DNA of 64,000 bases. Origin: an uncultured Planctomycetaceae bacterium (GTDB taxonomy: Bacteria; Planctomycetota; Planctomycetia; Planctomycetales; Planctomycetaceae). Shown here piece by piece: positions 37,311-50,600 of the stretch. The stretch's first letter is position 1; the number at the start of each line of letters is the position of its first letter. The position numbers were made by a program, and so were the translations under genes. The notes beneath the pieces were generated by a model, which was not told where the DNA came from, searched no databases, and was given only the letters and a program-made list of their open reading frames with translations. Where the stretch lies: assembly GCA_963813715.1 (NCBI GenBank), contig CAWFAK010000017.1:768001-832000 (forward strand), written 5' to 3'.

Positions 37311-37757
37311 ATGGAAGCTCGCTTCACCGTCATTTCGGGCCCGTTTCGCGGACAATCGTTTCAAGTTCCGCGTGGCAAGTTCATTCTCGGCCGCGAAACC
37401 GATTGCCACCTGGTGCTCGACTCGCACTCGGTCAGCCGGCATCACTGCGTGCTGTTGCTGGACGACTACACGCTGAGAATCCGCGATCTGGCCAGCAAGA
37501 ACGGAACCTTCGTCAACAGAGATCAGACCCGAGTCGGCGAGCGTATCTTAGTCCACGGCGACACGGTCCGCGTTGGCGACATGGTCATCCGAGTTGAGTT
37601 GGAATCGGGCAGTGCATCGGCCTCACTTGAAACGCAGCACGTTGGGCCCGAGACGATCGATCAACCCGGCCAATCACCCAAGACGCCCAAGGTCGATCAG
37701 CCGACATCGGCCGAGGTGCCGCAAGCAGCACCTGAGGACGGTGTGATGCCCAAGTGA
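37311..37757 (+). CDS. FHA domain protein
   Basis: LGR..SVSRHHC..DLASKNGTFVN..HGDTVRVG. Confidence 0.9.
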   Translation: MEARFTVISGPFRGQSFQVPRGKFILGRETDCHLVLDSHSVSRHHCVLLLDDYTLRIRDLASKNGTFVNRDQTRVGERILVHGDTVRVGDMVIRVELESGSASASLETQHVGPETIDQPGQSPKTPKVDQPTSAEVPQAAPEDGVMPK

Positions 37758-37848
37758 AAAAAGCGGTTCCAGTCTCGATGACAACGAGCCGAGCCGCGCT
37801 CAACAAAGACAAGCAAAGCCTCGCCTTTCCTTAGAAAGGCCTCTTCCT

Positions 37849-38265
37849 GTGAAAGTGCCTCAAAACAGGTTGACCCGCAGAACCTTTTGCGCGGCAAGCG
37901 CCGGCTTGGCCGCGTTCGGTTTCAATCGCATGGCCGCTGCCGCCGAACCTGAGGCGGGGAAAGTGATCACACAGCTTGCCAAGTTCAAACTCAACATGGA
38001 AAAAGAAGCTGAGGGACTCCAGGCGCTCAAGGAATTATGCGCCGCAGTCGAGAAAAACGAACCTGGCGTGCTGGTCTATCTCTGTCATCGCGTGGCTAAG
38101 AAACCGGACGAGCTGGTGTTCTTCGAAGTCTATAAGGACCAGGAGGCTCTTAAGGCGCACAGCAAAACCCCGCACTTTGCGAAGCTTCGCAGCGGCTTTG
38201 CCAGCCTCTTCCGCCTGCCCTTGGAGGTCACGCGGTTGGATCGTGTCGCGGGTTACGCGCGTTAG
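37849..38265 (+). CDS. ABM-family (putative quinol monooxygenase-like) protein with Tat-type signal
   Basis: LTRRTFC; EPGVLVY..FFEVYKD..AHSKTPHF. Confidence 0.8.
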   Translation: MKVPQNRLTRRTFCAASAGLAAFGFNRMAAAAEPEAGKVITQLAKFKLNMEKEAEGLQALKELCAAVEKNEPGVLVYLCHRVAKKPDELVFFEVYKDQEALKAHSKTPHFAKLRSGFASLFRLPLEVTRLDRVAGYAR

Positions 38266-38744
38266 CGCGGTGCCGGCGTCGGCGCTTCAATGACTTCAAA
38301 CACGCAATTGCGAACACGGCTGTCACACGCAGGTCTCAGTCAGGGTGCCCGCGTCGTTGGATTCGTGGACACGATGTCCACCCGGCTGGTGGGCGCCTTG
38401 TCGCAGCGGCGAGACCTGGCGATTGGGCTCTGCTTGTGCGTTCTGCCGACCTACAGGGGGCACGACCCCGTCGGTTTGGGCCCAAAAGCGATAATGCGTG
38501 TGCCTGAGATCCCCGGTGCCCCTGGGTGGATTTCCCAGCTGTTCACGCGAGCAAAGTCTCGGATAGCGTTACGAGCCTCGTAGCGGGGCGCTAATGCGGC
38601 CAAGACGAGAACCATCAACAGCTGGCAACCGGGGGGAACTCGAAGACGCCCAGCCTCGTGCGGAGACGTAAGCCATGTGGCCGTCTTTGTTCCAGGCCCA
38701 GGCTTATTTCCGAACCGGACCGATTTCAGTTCGGCTCGTCCGGC

Positions 38745-39677
38745 TTACCCTTGTGGCAGCGCCGAAATGGCTCGCACGGCATCTTCGAGCTCCTCGCACT
38801 TGGCCAGCGCATCGAGCCATGCTCGTGGAATTCCCTCAACGCCCCAATAGGCGCCAGCTAGTTGACCGCAGACCGCGCCCGTCGTGTCGGCGTCGTCGCC
38901 CAAGTTGACCGCTTTGAGAACCGCTTCCCGGAAATCGCCAGCGTCGTGAAAGGCCCACAGGGCCGCTTCGAGGGACCTGACGACGTAACCACTCCCCGCG
39001 ATCACCGGCGGCGATCGGTGCCGAAAACTTCCGGCCGCGACCTCCTCGATGGCGGGATGCAGTGACTGAGCGGACTGCTGTCTCTGCAGGGGCTTCCAGT
39101 CAGGATCGAGGACCTCCTCACGGTCAACGCCGTGCATTAATGCAGCCAGAACCAGCGCAAGGTACCGGCACGCCGAAAGACACTGCGGGCTTGCATGAGT
39201 AGGAAGACTCGATTCAGTCGCAAGGACAGCCAAATCCGAAACATGATCCGGAAACAAATGCCCAAATCGGATCGGAACTGGAGCCAGACGCATGATCGAC
39301 CCGTTTCCGCTGGTGCTCTCAGACTTCGAGGCGGACGACCGTGCATCGCCCGTGATCTCAAATCGTGAGAGCGCGTCCCGAACTGTTAAACCGATGTCGA
39401 AGCAGCGGCCGTTGACCGAATAGTGCCCGTGACGCCACCATCGGACGTAGCGTTGAGCCTGGTCATCCAAATCCCAGCCGACCTCGGCGATGCTGGCGGC
39501 CAAAGCCAAAGCCATGCTCGTGTCGTCCGTCCATTCACCGGGACCGAGACCGTGTGGACCTCCGGCACGAAAGCCCGTGACCGGCTCGAACATGCCGGGC
39601 AGACTGAACTCGACGGCTGCTCCAAGAGCATCGCCGACAGCCAATCCAAGAAGCGTTCCGCGGCGTCGATCGTCCAC
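38745..39677 (-). CDS. ADP-ribosylglycohydrolase family protein
   Basis: GLAVGDALG, WTDDT, GNGSIMR, VNLGDDADTTGAVCGQLAGA; GTG start with GGAG upstream. Confidence 0.92.
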   Translation of the reverse strand: MDDRRRGTLLGLAVGDALGAAVEFSLPGMFEPVTGFRAGGPHGLGPGEWTDDTSMALALAASIAEVGWDLDDQAQRYVRWWRHGHYSVNGRCFDIGLTVRDALSRFEITGDARSSASKSESTSGNGSIMRLAPVPIRFGHLFPDHVSDLAVLATESSLPTHASPQCLSACRYLALVLAALMHGVDREEVLDPDWKPLQRQQSAQSLHPAIEEVAAGSFRHRSPPVIAGSGYVVRSLEAALWAFHDAGDFREAVLKAVNLGDDADTTGAVCGQLAGAYWGVEGIPRAWLDALAKCEELEDAVRAISALPQG

Positions 39678-39843
39678 GTGCTTTCTCCATGCCGATGGAT
39701 GCCGAACGTAATCGCTTCTGACTTTGATGGCAACTATGTGTTTGCCAGTGACGCACGCACCCCGCCGGCGCATCGATGACGCGTCGCAGAATATTCGAAG
39801 CCCAGGCATGTACTCGATGGCGTCTTGCTCGCCCTCCAATCGC

Positions 39844-42800
39844 TCAAGCAGCTTTCGGTTTCTGCTCAGTGGGAGCCTTTGTTGGGGAGGCGTTTTTCGG
39901 GGGATCATCATCCGCCGGGACTGCGGCAGGCGGGATTTCGACTTTCATTTCCCGCAGCAACTGGCACGCGCACGTGTGCTCGATGCCTTCCCAGTCCGTC
40001 GCTTGCGCACAACGGATGAGATATTTCTTTGCGTTTTCGGTATCGCCGCGATTTTTGAGGAAAACCCCTACAAAGTAGGGCACCACGGATGCCTGAATTG
40101 TGCTCGGCGGCAAAGCAAGGATCTTGTCCACACCCGCGACGTTGAGCCTGGCATTCCGCGGCGCAAGCATGGGTTGCAGTTGCTCGGCAAGCTGTTTGTA
40201 CCGCGTCCCCTCGTCGTACTGGGCATTTTGGGGCGGCATTTTGAGAATCTCTTCCAGGAGCTGGTCGCGTTCGCTCGTTTTGCCCAGCGAGTCGGCCACA
40301 ATCGCCGCGTGGAACGCCGAGTAGAATTCTGACTTGGCCCGTTGTGCATTCTGGAAGCAGCCTAGCGCCTGTTCGGGCTGGCCAAGCACCAGACAATAGA
40401 AGCCGATTCGTCGGCTTTGCTCTGCAAAAAGAGGTTCTCGCCATCCGCCCATCTGGGCATGGACTAGCTCGTCGGCCGCGCGAACGTTACCCCGACCAGT
40501 TCGATGGCACCAACACATCCAATTCATGACGTGGTCGTCGTAGTGCTTGGAAACGGCTGTGACGAGTTCTTCGGCTTTGTCCCACTCACCCAACATTTCG
40601 TGGCAGCGTGCCGCCGTGATCATCGACCAGGACGAACCGCTTTGGGCGGCCGCGTCCGCGTAGGCGGCCGCTTCCTTCCATTTCTGGCGCTCGAGCAAGT
40701 CGACGGCGATCTCGTTCTGAACCATGGCTTGCTCGAGTCCAGCGGGCGGCAGCTTGATCGCCTTGTCCAGCGTCTCCCTCCAGCGACGATGGTCTTTTTG
40801 GGATTGGTAGACGTTGGCCAGCACTCGCAACGACATGTACCCCGGTTCTAACGCGACGAACCGCTTGGCACAGCGCTCGGCATCATCGTAGCGCTTCAAC
40901 CCGTAGTAGCGATCTGTCAAGGCATGCGTCACCAGCAGATCGTCCGCGTAATCTCGCTCGTACTTCTCGGCCTCCGGGCCCGCGTGGGCCCAGTCCCGCG
41001 TAATCCGCATTGCGACGGCCAGCGGTAGCGTGTTGCTGGTATTCCAGAACCGCTCCATGAACAAGGGATTGTAATTCTTGGCGTCCGGGGCGCCATAGAA
41101 TCCCGCTTGAACGCAGAGCATCTCATCGCTGAAGACCATGTCGCCGTGAAGAGCGGCCGTGTCCTGCCAGTGGCCGAGCCTCGGATTGAGGGAGGAGGCC
41201 CATCGCAAAATGGGGAGGTCCTGCGGAGTGATGTCATAGCTCGCGGCTTTGGTGCCAAACTCCGCGGCAGCGGCGTCGTTCGCCGGCTTGCTGTCTGTAA
41301 ACGACGCCATGTAGGTGGCATAGGGGTGGTCCGCAACCAAGGGGCCAATGGCGGCGATCATGTCGTCGACGGACAGGCCGAGGAGCTTTCGATAAACGTC
41401 CAGCTTGCGCACCACTTGCGCAAAATGGATGTCATCAATCGCATGCCCGACCGCGGAGAGCGACGGTTCGCCCCGGTCAAGTTGCGGCGTCCCCCCGCTC
41501 TTGAGGTCCGCAATTAGCAGCCTTCGGAATTCGACTTCCGTGGCATCGTTTTGGGTCGCCTCGGCGGTCTTGATACGTTTGACCGCCGGCTCCGGCAGGC
41601 CGGGAACGTCCAACAGCGCCCGTCGCAGAAGTGCACCGGTTACAGTGAGTCCCTTGTCGGCTCCCTCGCGTGTGGGTCCTAACAGCTGAGTCGAAGCGAG
41701 CACGTGGTAGCCGAAGGGGGAATCGGGACAGACCTCAAGAAAATCAGTTGCCGCCTTCATCGTCAGTTCGTACAGAGGGCCATACATCACGCTTTGCAAG
41801 TAAAGGTAGCGGGCCAGCCGGCGCTGAGGGGGAGTCTTTGCCAGCTGCAGCATCTGGTAAGGCCGTCCCCGCCCGAATGCGTCGAGCAAGTCGGTCCAAA
41901 ACGGAAGAACTGGCGCCGACGGCGAGGAGTCTTGTGCCTTCTTCGCCGCCGCGATGTCCTCCGCCGCCCGCTTGTGCAGTTCCAGAAGCATCCTCGCGTA
42001 GGCGCGATGCCAGAGCGCCAGGACGATTCGTCAGTCTTGCGCAACAGTCGCTCGGCGTAGAGCAGGGCGCGGGCATGATAAACCTTGTGCGAGCCGCTGT
42101 AGTGGTATTCGGTGAGCGACCCGAGATTGGCGTATCCGACGACCAAGGCAGCCAGGAGCTGGGGCGATTCACCCATGTCGCGGATTTCTGCATGCACCCG
42201 CCGCAACCCGGCCAGGACCGAGATCTCGTTCCAAGTCCAGAGCAAATCAGAAGTCGCAGCGGGGACCTCGAATGAGGCACGAGCCGCGTGCACAGCTCCT
42301 TTTCCACCGGAGCGGGTGAGCAGGCCTTTGAATTCGCCGCGCGAGAGGGCCTCCGCCTTTTCCGCGAACGTCGCGAGCCATTTCGGATTGGGATCCTTGG
42401 CGTCGATCTTTTCCGCCAAGCGCCAGTACTCTTCCGATTCACGGCCGAGCTTGTAGTCGATGGACGCGTGGTCTTCCGGGCCATTTGCCGAGGCAGACAG
42501 CCTAAAAGGAACGGACTTTGGGTCGGGCTTTTCCGGGAATTCTTCCCGCAACATCGCATCGCGAGTGGAAAGTCCCACCTCGTCTCGGGCCGCGAGCAGA
42601 AACGCTTGCCGAAACAACTCGCGCAACGTGAGTGGGACCGCATGAGAAGAGCCCGCGCCGGGCTCGCTCACGGTGAGATAGACAGTATCGCCAACGCCCA
42701 TGTCACTCTTGGGGAGTTCCGATGCCGCAGCGGCGAGAGTCGACTCCGTCGTCTGTTTAGAGGGGGGCGGGTTGCGATCATTGAACATCACCCAAAAACT

Positions 42801-42866
42801 CGCTGCGGTGCCGATCGCTAACAGGAACCCGATCGCAACGAGTGCAATGGTAAAGCTGCGTGACAT
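39844..42866 (-). CDS. Large membrane-anchored/exported TPR-like hypothetical protein (frameshift ~42000)
   Basis: N-terminal hydrophobic helix; ORFs 41787..42890 and 39844..41991 join; helical TPR-like units in the C-terminal half. Confidence 0.65.
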
Positions 42867-43006
42867 GTGGCATCCCCGGAGCGCGGCCAACCGTCAGTGA
42901 GTTGATTGCTTGGATCTGAGATCTCGGGAAATGAGGGAGATCATTTTATCGTGCTGACCTGAGTCGCTTCCTGCAACCGTGTCGAACCCTCACGGCCAGG
43001 CGGCTC

Positions 43007-43300
43007 ATGCCGCAGGCGGCGGGATTCGTAAGCAAGAACCTTCCCGATGACTGGGTACTGAGGATGGTGGCGCGGACGCAAACGATCGATTACTTGATCC
43101 TGGCGTTTGACGCCCAAAAGCCGATTGACGGCAAAGATGTCTTTCGGTGGACATTCGAAGTCCCACTTCTCTACCGGGTCTACAGCGATCCGACCGGCGG
43201 CTCGCTGCAAGTCTACGAGGGCACGAAGCTACGAACATTGGGCAAATTCACGGTGAGTATCGATGCGGTGGGCTTCGATCACCTGGAGGCGCCCCAGTGA
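43007..43300 (+). CDS. Hypothetical protein or fragment
   Basis: Protein-like composition only. Confidence 0.4.
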   Translation: MPQAAGFVSKNLPDDWVLRMVARTQTIDYLILAFDAQKPIDGKDVFRWTFEVPLLYRVYSDPTGGSLQVYEGTKLRTLGKFTVSIDAVGFDHLEAPQ

Positions 43301-43524
43301 ACCGAGCGAGTTGTCGCGATCGAGGGTCGCAGCGGCACGTTTGTGATTACGAAAACTGTAAACTGATCTCCCGCCGGGCTCCCGTGACGGCGTTCCGCCG
43401 AGATACGTCGCTGTCGCGCTGGGATGAAACCCACCACGCGATTGCGGACGGTCGGGGGGAAACACATTGGCCCGACAGTCAACAAAATCGGCGAGCCAGT
43501 GGGTGCCTCTGAAAGGAGCGGCTC

Positions 43525-43866
43525 TTGACCGCGACACCCGAGTTCCCGAATGACGAGAACGGCCAAGTCTTGCGGCGGATGTTCGACGGCGGGGATGCCC
43601 TCACGCAAGCGAGAGTCGTTGACTTCTGCTTCGTGTTTCCCGATCGCGAGGCAGCATTGGCATTCCTGCGAGATGTGGAGGATCGGACTCTCGAGACATG
43701 CTTGTCCTGGTATCAAGAAAAGTCGATGTGGGAGGTAATTGTGAAACGTCACATGATTCCGCAGCATGCAACGATCCGCGCTATGGAGTCGATGCTGACG
43801 CTGAAAGCCGAAAACTTGGGACGAAAACCGGACGGGTGGGGATGCATGCAGACTAAGATGCGGTGA
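43525..43866 (+). CDS. RraB-like (ribonuclease E inhibitor) domain protein
   Basis: FPNDENGQVLRRM..GD.L..R.VDF.FVF..DGWG pattern; AAAGGAG RBS. Confidence 0.7.
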   Translation: MTATPEFPNDENGQVLRRMFDGGDALTQARVVDFCFVFPDREAALAFLRDVEDRTLETCLSWYQEKSMWEVIVKRHMIPQHATIRAMESMLTLKAENLGRKPDGWGCMQTKMR

Positions 43867-44364
43867 CGCCTGTGGTGGCGGCATTGTGGCATCTGCAGGC
43901 GTACATCGCGATCTGAAAATGGAGCTCAATCGGATCGCGGACACGACTGAGAGTCGTCTCGACACATGGCCGACTGAGGGCGAACGCCGGGGTCACGGCG
44001 ATGATTGAATCGACCGATTGCGACGCCCAAATACTGCCAGGTCGCCGATTAAAAGGCCCAACCGATGGACGCACGACGCTGTTTCGCCGTAGTGGGCGTT
44101 TTCTGGATTGCAGGTGTCTTGACGGTTTGCGCAGGTGACGATCGTCCCAAACCGTTCCACTTCTGGTTGCTGCAGTATCCGGCCGTGCAAAAGGAATTCG
44201 GATTCTCGCCGGCACAAGCAGCCGAGGCCACCGCGCTCTTTAGGACTTATGACGCGGCTTTGTGGACAGAGATCCCATACACGGCTCGCCGCCTGATTTG
44301 AAGAATCTGACCGGCGAGCCGCGTATTCGCAAGATCCAAGAAAACAGTGAGGCCAACGCAAGCG

Positions 44365-44575
44365 TGACGGCATGAGCGACGAACCGAAGGCTAACAAGCC
44401 GGTCAGAAAGCCACAGACTTGGAAGCGGTTCCTCTGGATTTTCGGCGCATTCGTAGTCGCGCTCGCAGTGACGATCGTGACCAGTAACCACGACAAGGGA
44501 TACGCCACGAGAATGGCGAGCTCCCATCCGATCCGCTTCCGCGATCGTTTCTTCGGCTCGTCGCTCATGCCGTCA
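44365..44575. repeat. 25-bp inverted repeat, each arm containing a start codon (MSDEPK...)
   Basis: 44365-44389 TGACGGCATGAGCGACGAACCGAAG vs reverse complement of 44551-44575: 24/25 identical. Confidence 0.85.
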
Positions 44576-44691
44576 GGTAGAGCCTGCGTTTGAAGCCTGG
44601 TTTTTTGGCGATTAACAGGAGTTCGCCTCGATGCTCCCGTGCTTTTCGTCCTTACGGCGACGAGAGAACAAGCCGGCAATCGCATCCTGGC

Positions 44692-47600
44692 TCAGTCGAC
44701 CACCCGCAACCGCAGGGTCGCACCGTGGGCATCGATCTCAGGATTGTACATATCGAAGGCCCGCGTGGGGCGCACCTGAAAAGTGCCGGGCACTTCGGCC
44801 CGCAAACGATATTTGATTTTGTGCGACCCCGGCATGAAAGTGCCCGCGAAGAAGACGACGTCCTGATCGCGGAGCTCGACGTCCGCGCACAGATTGTCTC
44901 CCCAAGCCCCGCCGCTCGTCAGCTCGACCGGCTCGAAGCCAGCCGGCTTGGGGTCCTCGAACGCCAGAAACTCGTGGAAGACGTCGCTGGCGATGGTCAA
45001 CTCCACTTCGACCGTGTCGCCGATGTGGACTACGTCGCCTTCTGCCAGCGGCGTGCGCGCCGTGACACGTCGTTCGTCCGAAAAGCGCGCCGGAACTGGC
45101 GATCCTCCCGGCAACTTGTAGTACCGCCGAGTCACGGCCAGACCACGCCCTTCCGCCCGCGTCGCTTCCGATCGGTCGAAGTAGCGGGCGACGAAGGCGT
45201 AATAGAGGGGCTGTCGATCTTTGCGGCTGACCGTGACTCGATGGGAGCCGGGCTTTAGCGCCGAGCCGTCGAGTTGAATGCGACAAGCTCCTGCCAGCAT
45301 GCGTTTCCAATCGACCCGCACGTCGGCCGCATGACGGCCGTCCAGACTCACCGCGACCGTAAACTCCGCCGACATGTGGTAGGTCACCCGCAGATAGTCG
45401 GCTAGCGCGTGGACGGCCAGGGCCGTGTCCCGCGTGCTGCCCCAGTACTCGCCATGCCACCGATGATTGACCAACCACTCGGCGATCTTCGGCGCCAGCA
45501 AATTCTTGGGGTCGATCCCCACGATTGCTCGCAGTACCCAGGCGTTGGTCTCGACGTCGCTGGTGAACCAGCGCCAGCGGTAAGACCTTTCGCCTTTCGC
45601 TGCCGCCGAGGCGCTCCCGTTTGTGGCGTCGACCACGATGGACTTGAGAATCTCGTTGAGGATCGCATCGGCCTGTTTGCGGTCTCCGCGGTTGAGCAGG
45701 GCCAGCGCCAGAGCGCTCGCCCGTAGTTGTTAAGCGACTCGTGCTTTTTGGCCAGCCCGTCGACAAGTGTGCCGAGTGCCCGTATGCGGGGCTCGAGAAA
45801 GCGATCGTCTTTGAGCTGCTGCGGTGTCAATTTCGATCGCTGCAGCGAAAGGACGTACGCGACGAACGCCACGTTGTAAGCCACCTCCGGGCCGTGGTCC
45901 TGTCGCAGTCGCTCGACGCCCGACACGTGGAGATAACGCACTGCTTTATCGAAGGCCTCTTGCTCGATCTCGACTCCCGAGTCGGCCGCAGTCGTCAGCC
46001 CGAGCACCACGTAGGCCGTCATGTAGGCGGTCGAATCGTCCTCCTTCCACCAGCCCCAGCCGCCGTCCTCGTGCTGGAATTCGTACAGCCGCTTGAGACC
46101 TGCCGCCTCCATCCGCTTGATCTCCGCAGGATCGAGCGTGCCCTTCCGGCCGATGGGGTCGCGACGCTCATGTGAATCGCTGCGCGCAGCGGCCAGCGCG
46201 GCGAGATCGATGCCCAGAGAATGCAACGTGTCGGCGGCGAGCACGGTCGGATAAAAGCGGCTCATCGTCTGCTCGACGCAGCCGTACGGATACCCCGCCA
46301 GGAACGGGAGCGCATCGACGATTACGCCGCCCGAAGAGGGAGCCAGCGAGACATCGATCTGTGTCTTGGCGGGAATGATCTGCTGCGGCAGATCGAAGAT
46401 CATCGCCTTGTCCGCCAGATCGTCGGCACTCGCCGAGCCCGACGCCGCGCGGACCACAAGGGCGCCGGGCGGCACGACGGGGATTTCGAGTCGCATGGCG
46501 TCCCCGTCGACGTCGGTCCGCGCCTTGACCGTGAGCGCGGCAAGCCCCTCTGCTCCGCGGTGACGGGCCAATCGAATCGGTGTTGCTCGTGCGGGCCAAT
46601 CGTGGCCGTCGCCATCAGGTGCAAATTCCCATCGATGTCGGGGGCGTGTCCCTCGCTTTGGGCCGCGTCGAAGCGTCCGGAAGGTAGGATCAGCTCGGCG
46701 GTGACGTCCTGCTTTGACGGCAGGTCGTTGTGCACGTTGGCCGAGAGCGTCAGGGCGTCTTTCTCGACCGCGAACCGCGGCGCCTGCAGGCGGACCAAGA
46801 GGGGCTTGAGCGTCGCCACCTCGGCCGTTGCGTCGCCGACGCGGGTGTCGTTCGTGATCACGTAGCCATGCATCCGCCACGTGGTGAGCGAGTCGGGATA
46901 AGCGATCTCCGCGTGGGCCGTTCCCTCCGCGTCGAGCACCAGGTTCGGCAGCCAGACCGCCGTGTCGGCGAAATTCGAGCGAACGACCGGCTCGAAATGC
47001 GATTTTTCACTGTGGCTCTCGAGGTCTTTGGTCGTCGTTCGCCGCCGCGCGTCGTCGGAGTTCCCAGCGCTCGCGTCCGAGGGATCGCTCTCGCGGCCCA
47101 TCGACCCACCCATTGCTCCCATCTGCGGAACGGACGCATCGTCCAAATCGAATTCGGGACAACGGAACTTCCCGGAAACGGAAAACAGCCCCGAGCCGAG
47201 CATCAATCTCTGGTGCGACGGATGAAAATACGCCCGGCGCACTTCCAGCAGACGCCGGGGACCGGGATTCTCATCGACGATCGCGGTCAGTGACTTGTCA
47301 AACGCCGTGAGTGCCACCTCTGTCCGCTGTGCTGGTCCGCCCAGCGGCTTGCCCCACCAGTCGGTCGCCCGGATCCGCACGCCACCCTTTTCGCCGGGCT
47401 TGTAAGTCGGGCGATCAGCCTCGATGGACAGCTTCACGCTGTCGCGGACGGGCGGCACGTAAAGTTCGCATTGCTCCGCATGCACCGCGCCGTCCGCGAC
47501 CAGCGTGGCCGAAACGAAGAAAGTCGGGACGTGCTTCTCGCCGATGGGGATCTCGATCACTCGCGAATGTTCCGGCAAATCGACGAACCAGTGCTGATCG

Positions 47601-50600
47601 AAGTTATCCAGCATCAGGACCCGCGCGTGCGGTTGCGAAGTGTTGACGAGCAGCCGCGCGACGTCGCCGACCTGGTACGAACGGCGATCGGGAATGATCT
47701 CCAGGTTGCCGAACCGCTGCCGCTTGCCGTCGAATTTCGGCCCGTAGACCCAGAAATTGACGACTGTCCGCGCGATTTCGCCCGTTTTGCCCTGGGGATC
47801 GCGAACCTCGAACGCCAGCCGATATTGGCCTTCGCTGCCGACGGGGAAGCGAAACTGCAGGTGCCCGTCCGGGCCCGTCCGCACGTCCCATTTGCCGGCG
47901 ACTTCTTCCTCGCGTTTACTCGACTCGGCTCGTGACGAGCCATGCGTGTCCGTCGCGGCGGCTTCTGGGGGGAAGGGCGTTACCCGAGACAGCGTCAACG
48001 TGCCCGCCGTCGCCAAGGGGACGTCGGCCGTCGATCGCGCCGTCAGGTCGACCGTTGCCTGGCTGCCCGGGTCATACCAACCGCGATCCAGCTCGGTAAA
48101 CAAATTAAGTTGTCGCCGCGCGGCAACTGCTGTGGCCTTGGCCTCGATCGTCCGGCGGCTTTCGTCGCTGACTTGCGCCTCGATCGTGTACTCGTAGTCT
48201 CGATCGCGCGGCTCCGCAGCGGTATTAATGCGGATCTCGGTCGAGCCGTCCGGCCCGAGCTTCGTCGTCGCGTCGGCAACCCTCTGAGGACGTCCGCGGT
48301 CCATGTCGAAATCCGCGTCGCCGTCGGCGGCATCCGACGGCGGCTCGTCCTGCATGTCGCGAAACCACCAGTAGTCGTACCCGTAGTCGCCGAAGCCGTT
48401 GCCGTAGAGCCAGTCCCATTCGGCGCGACGGCGAAACGGGCGCGGTGGTCCTCACGCATCACCGTATAGTGGACCGAAGCGCCGGCGACCGGCGTGCCGA
48501 AGTAATACCGGGCCTGGACCTTCGCCCGGATCGGTTCGCCCAGGCGGACCGCATTGGGAGTCGGCGTGACCGTGACCTCGAACTCGGGTTTCTTGTAGTC
48601 CTCGACCCGGAATTGGACGCCGTCGTGCCACGTTTGGCCCGCGTAGCCGGGAACTGACAGCGCGTACTCGCCGAGCCGGGCTGCTCGATCGAGAGTGATC
48701 GTGCCCGTCACGCTGCCCGCATCGTCAGTGACCAGTTCGAGCGATTTGAGTTGATTCTTGGAATAGGGGGGGCCGTAGAGATCGACGCGGCATTTGACAC
48801 CCTTCTTCGCCCGTTGATACTGCCGCCCGGCGAGTTCGCGCAGCCAGATTCGGAAATGCACGGTCGATCCCGGCCGGTAGAGTGGCCGGTCGGTGATGCC
48901 GAACAGATACTGCCTGGGCTGGGCGAATTGAGGATAGCTGTCCCATTCCACTGGACTCAGAAGCAGCCCGCCCCCCGCCGTTTCCATCACGGCCACCGTG
49001 TTGTAAGGGCTGGAGTGATCGCCGACTCGCTTAGGGACCCATTCCGCCAGCCCGTTGGTGTCGGTCACGACGGCCGATTTCTCACCGCTACACCGGACTT
49101 CGACCTTACGTCCGCCGATCGGCTGGCCCGTCACCGGATTGACGACCCAAAGCAGCGCCTTCCCCGGCAGCTCCTTGAACACAAGCGCCGCGTCCGTAAT
49201 CACCACCAGGCCGCGCGACGCTTGTTGGCCGCCCGGAATGCGGGCCTCGACGATGTACGTTCCCGGGTCGGCGACCGGCGCCTGCGTCGTGTGCACGTCG
49301 GGCGAATTTGTCCGAGCGACCGCCGCGCTCCAGCTCGCCACCGTGGCGCCGAGAAACGGCGCCACAACGGGGGTGCCCTGGGCGTCCCGGGGATCGGTCG
49401 CAAACAGATGAGGGGTCCAAAAGCCGTCCTCCAGCAACTGGAACAGGCGCGGCCCCTCCTCCGACTTTTTCACGTACCTTCGCAGGTCGAATCGCCGCAG
49501 AGTGAAGTCGACTTTTTGGGCATTTCGACAGGCGAACCAGAGCTTGGGCTTCAATCCCGCGGCATACACGCCCGTTCTTGCCGAGCAACACGTCGGAGTG
49601 ATCGATATTGGCGATGTGCTTCTCTGCCAGCGAAGCCTGCTTGGAGTCGGGAAATCGGGCGATCAGGCGGCGATACTCGGCGACGGCCCTGGAGAACTGC
49701 CGGCGATTCTGCAAATAAAAGCCGCGCTCATAAATGGCCTCGGCGACCGCGCGGCTCTTTGGGCAGTCGGTTTCGATCCGACTCCACAGGGCCAGCGGAC
49801 TTTGGGACTTGGGGAGCGTGATGACCTGCGTGCGGCCGTCGACCCAGGTTCGCGCCTCGTCGTCGGAGAGCTGCCAGAATTCCTTCAGCCCCGCCCGGCT
49901 GGACTTTGGCCGAAAGGAGGGATGCTCACGCATCATGTACTGCGTGTCGTCCATGCGCCAGCGCCAGTCGGTGCCCGGCCCGTACAGCCGACGCGCGATG
50001 TCGGCCCGATGCAAGAGAGCCTGCGCCACGCCGGCGCGATTGGGCGTGGGGTCGAGGCGCTCGATTTCCGCCAGTAAGAACAGAATCTTGGACGAACGCC
50101 CGAGCCCCGTTTCATACCGCGCCGGCACCGGCAGGATGGCAAGCTTCCCCTCAGCCGTCACGGGAACGTCCGTTTTCCGATTGTCCTGGTGCTCCCAGTC
50201 GCCGTCGACAGGCTCATTCCGCCACCACCAATCGATTTCGGCATAGCCGGTGTCCCACCCGAAGTGCTCGCGCATTCGAATCGAGTCGGGATCGAGCAGC
50301 GTCACCAGCCGCCGGTCGTTCTCGACGCGGCTTTGGGCCAGACTGCCCGCGAGTCGTTTGTCCGCCGCCTGCGGCAAGGCGGCGACGATTTGCTCGAGCA
50401 GTCGGCGAACGCGCTCCGCGGTGGCGATCTCGATCCGCCAGTCCTCGCGATGACCGTTGTCCCAGCGGAGATCCCGGAACATTTCCAGGTTCGCGTAGCG
50501 CACGGTTTTCGCAGGAGTATCTTTCGCCAAGCGGGCGGCCGCCGCGGGCTCCGCCAGCCTGAGCGAGCATTCGACGTCGCGCTCCAAGCCGCGCAGGACG

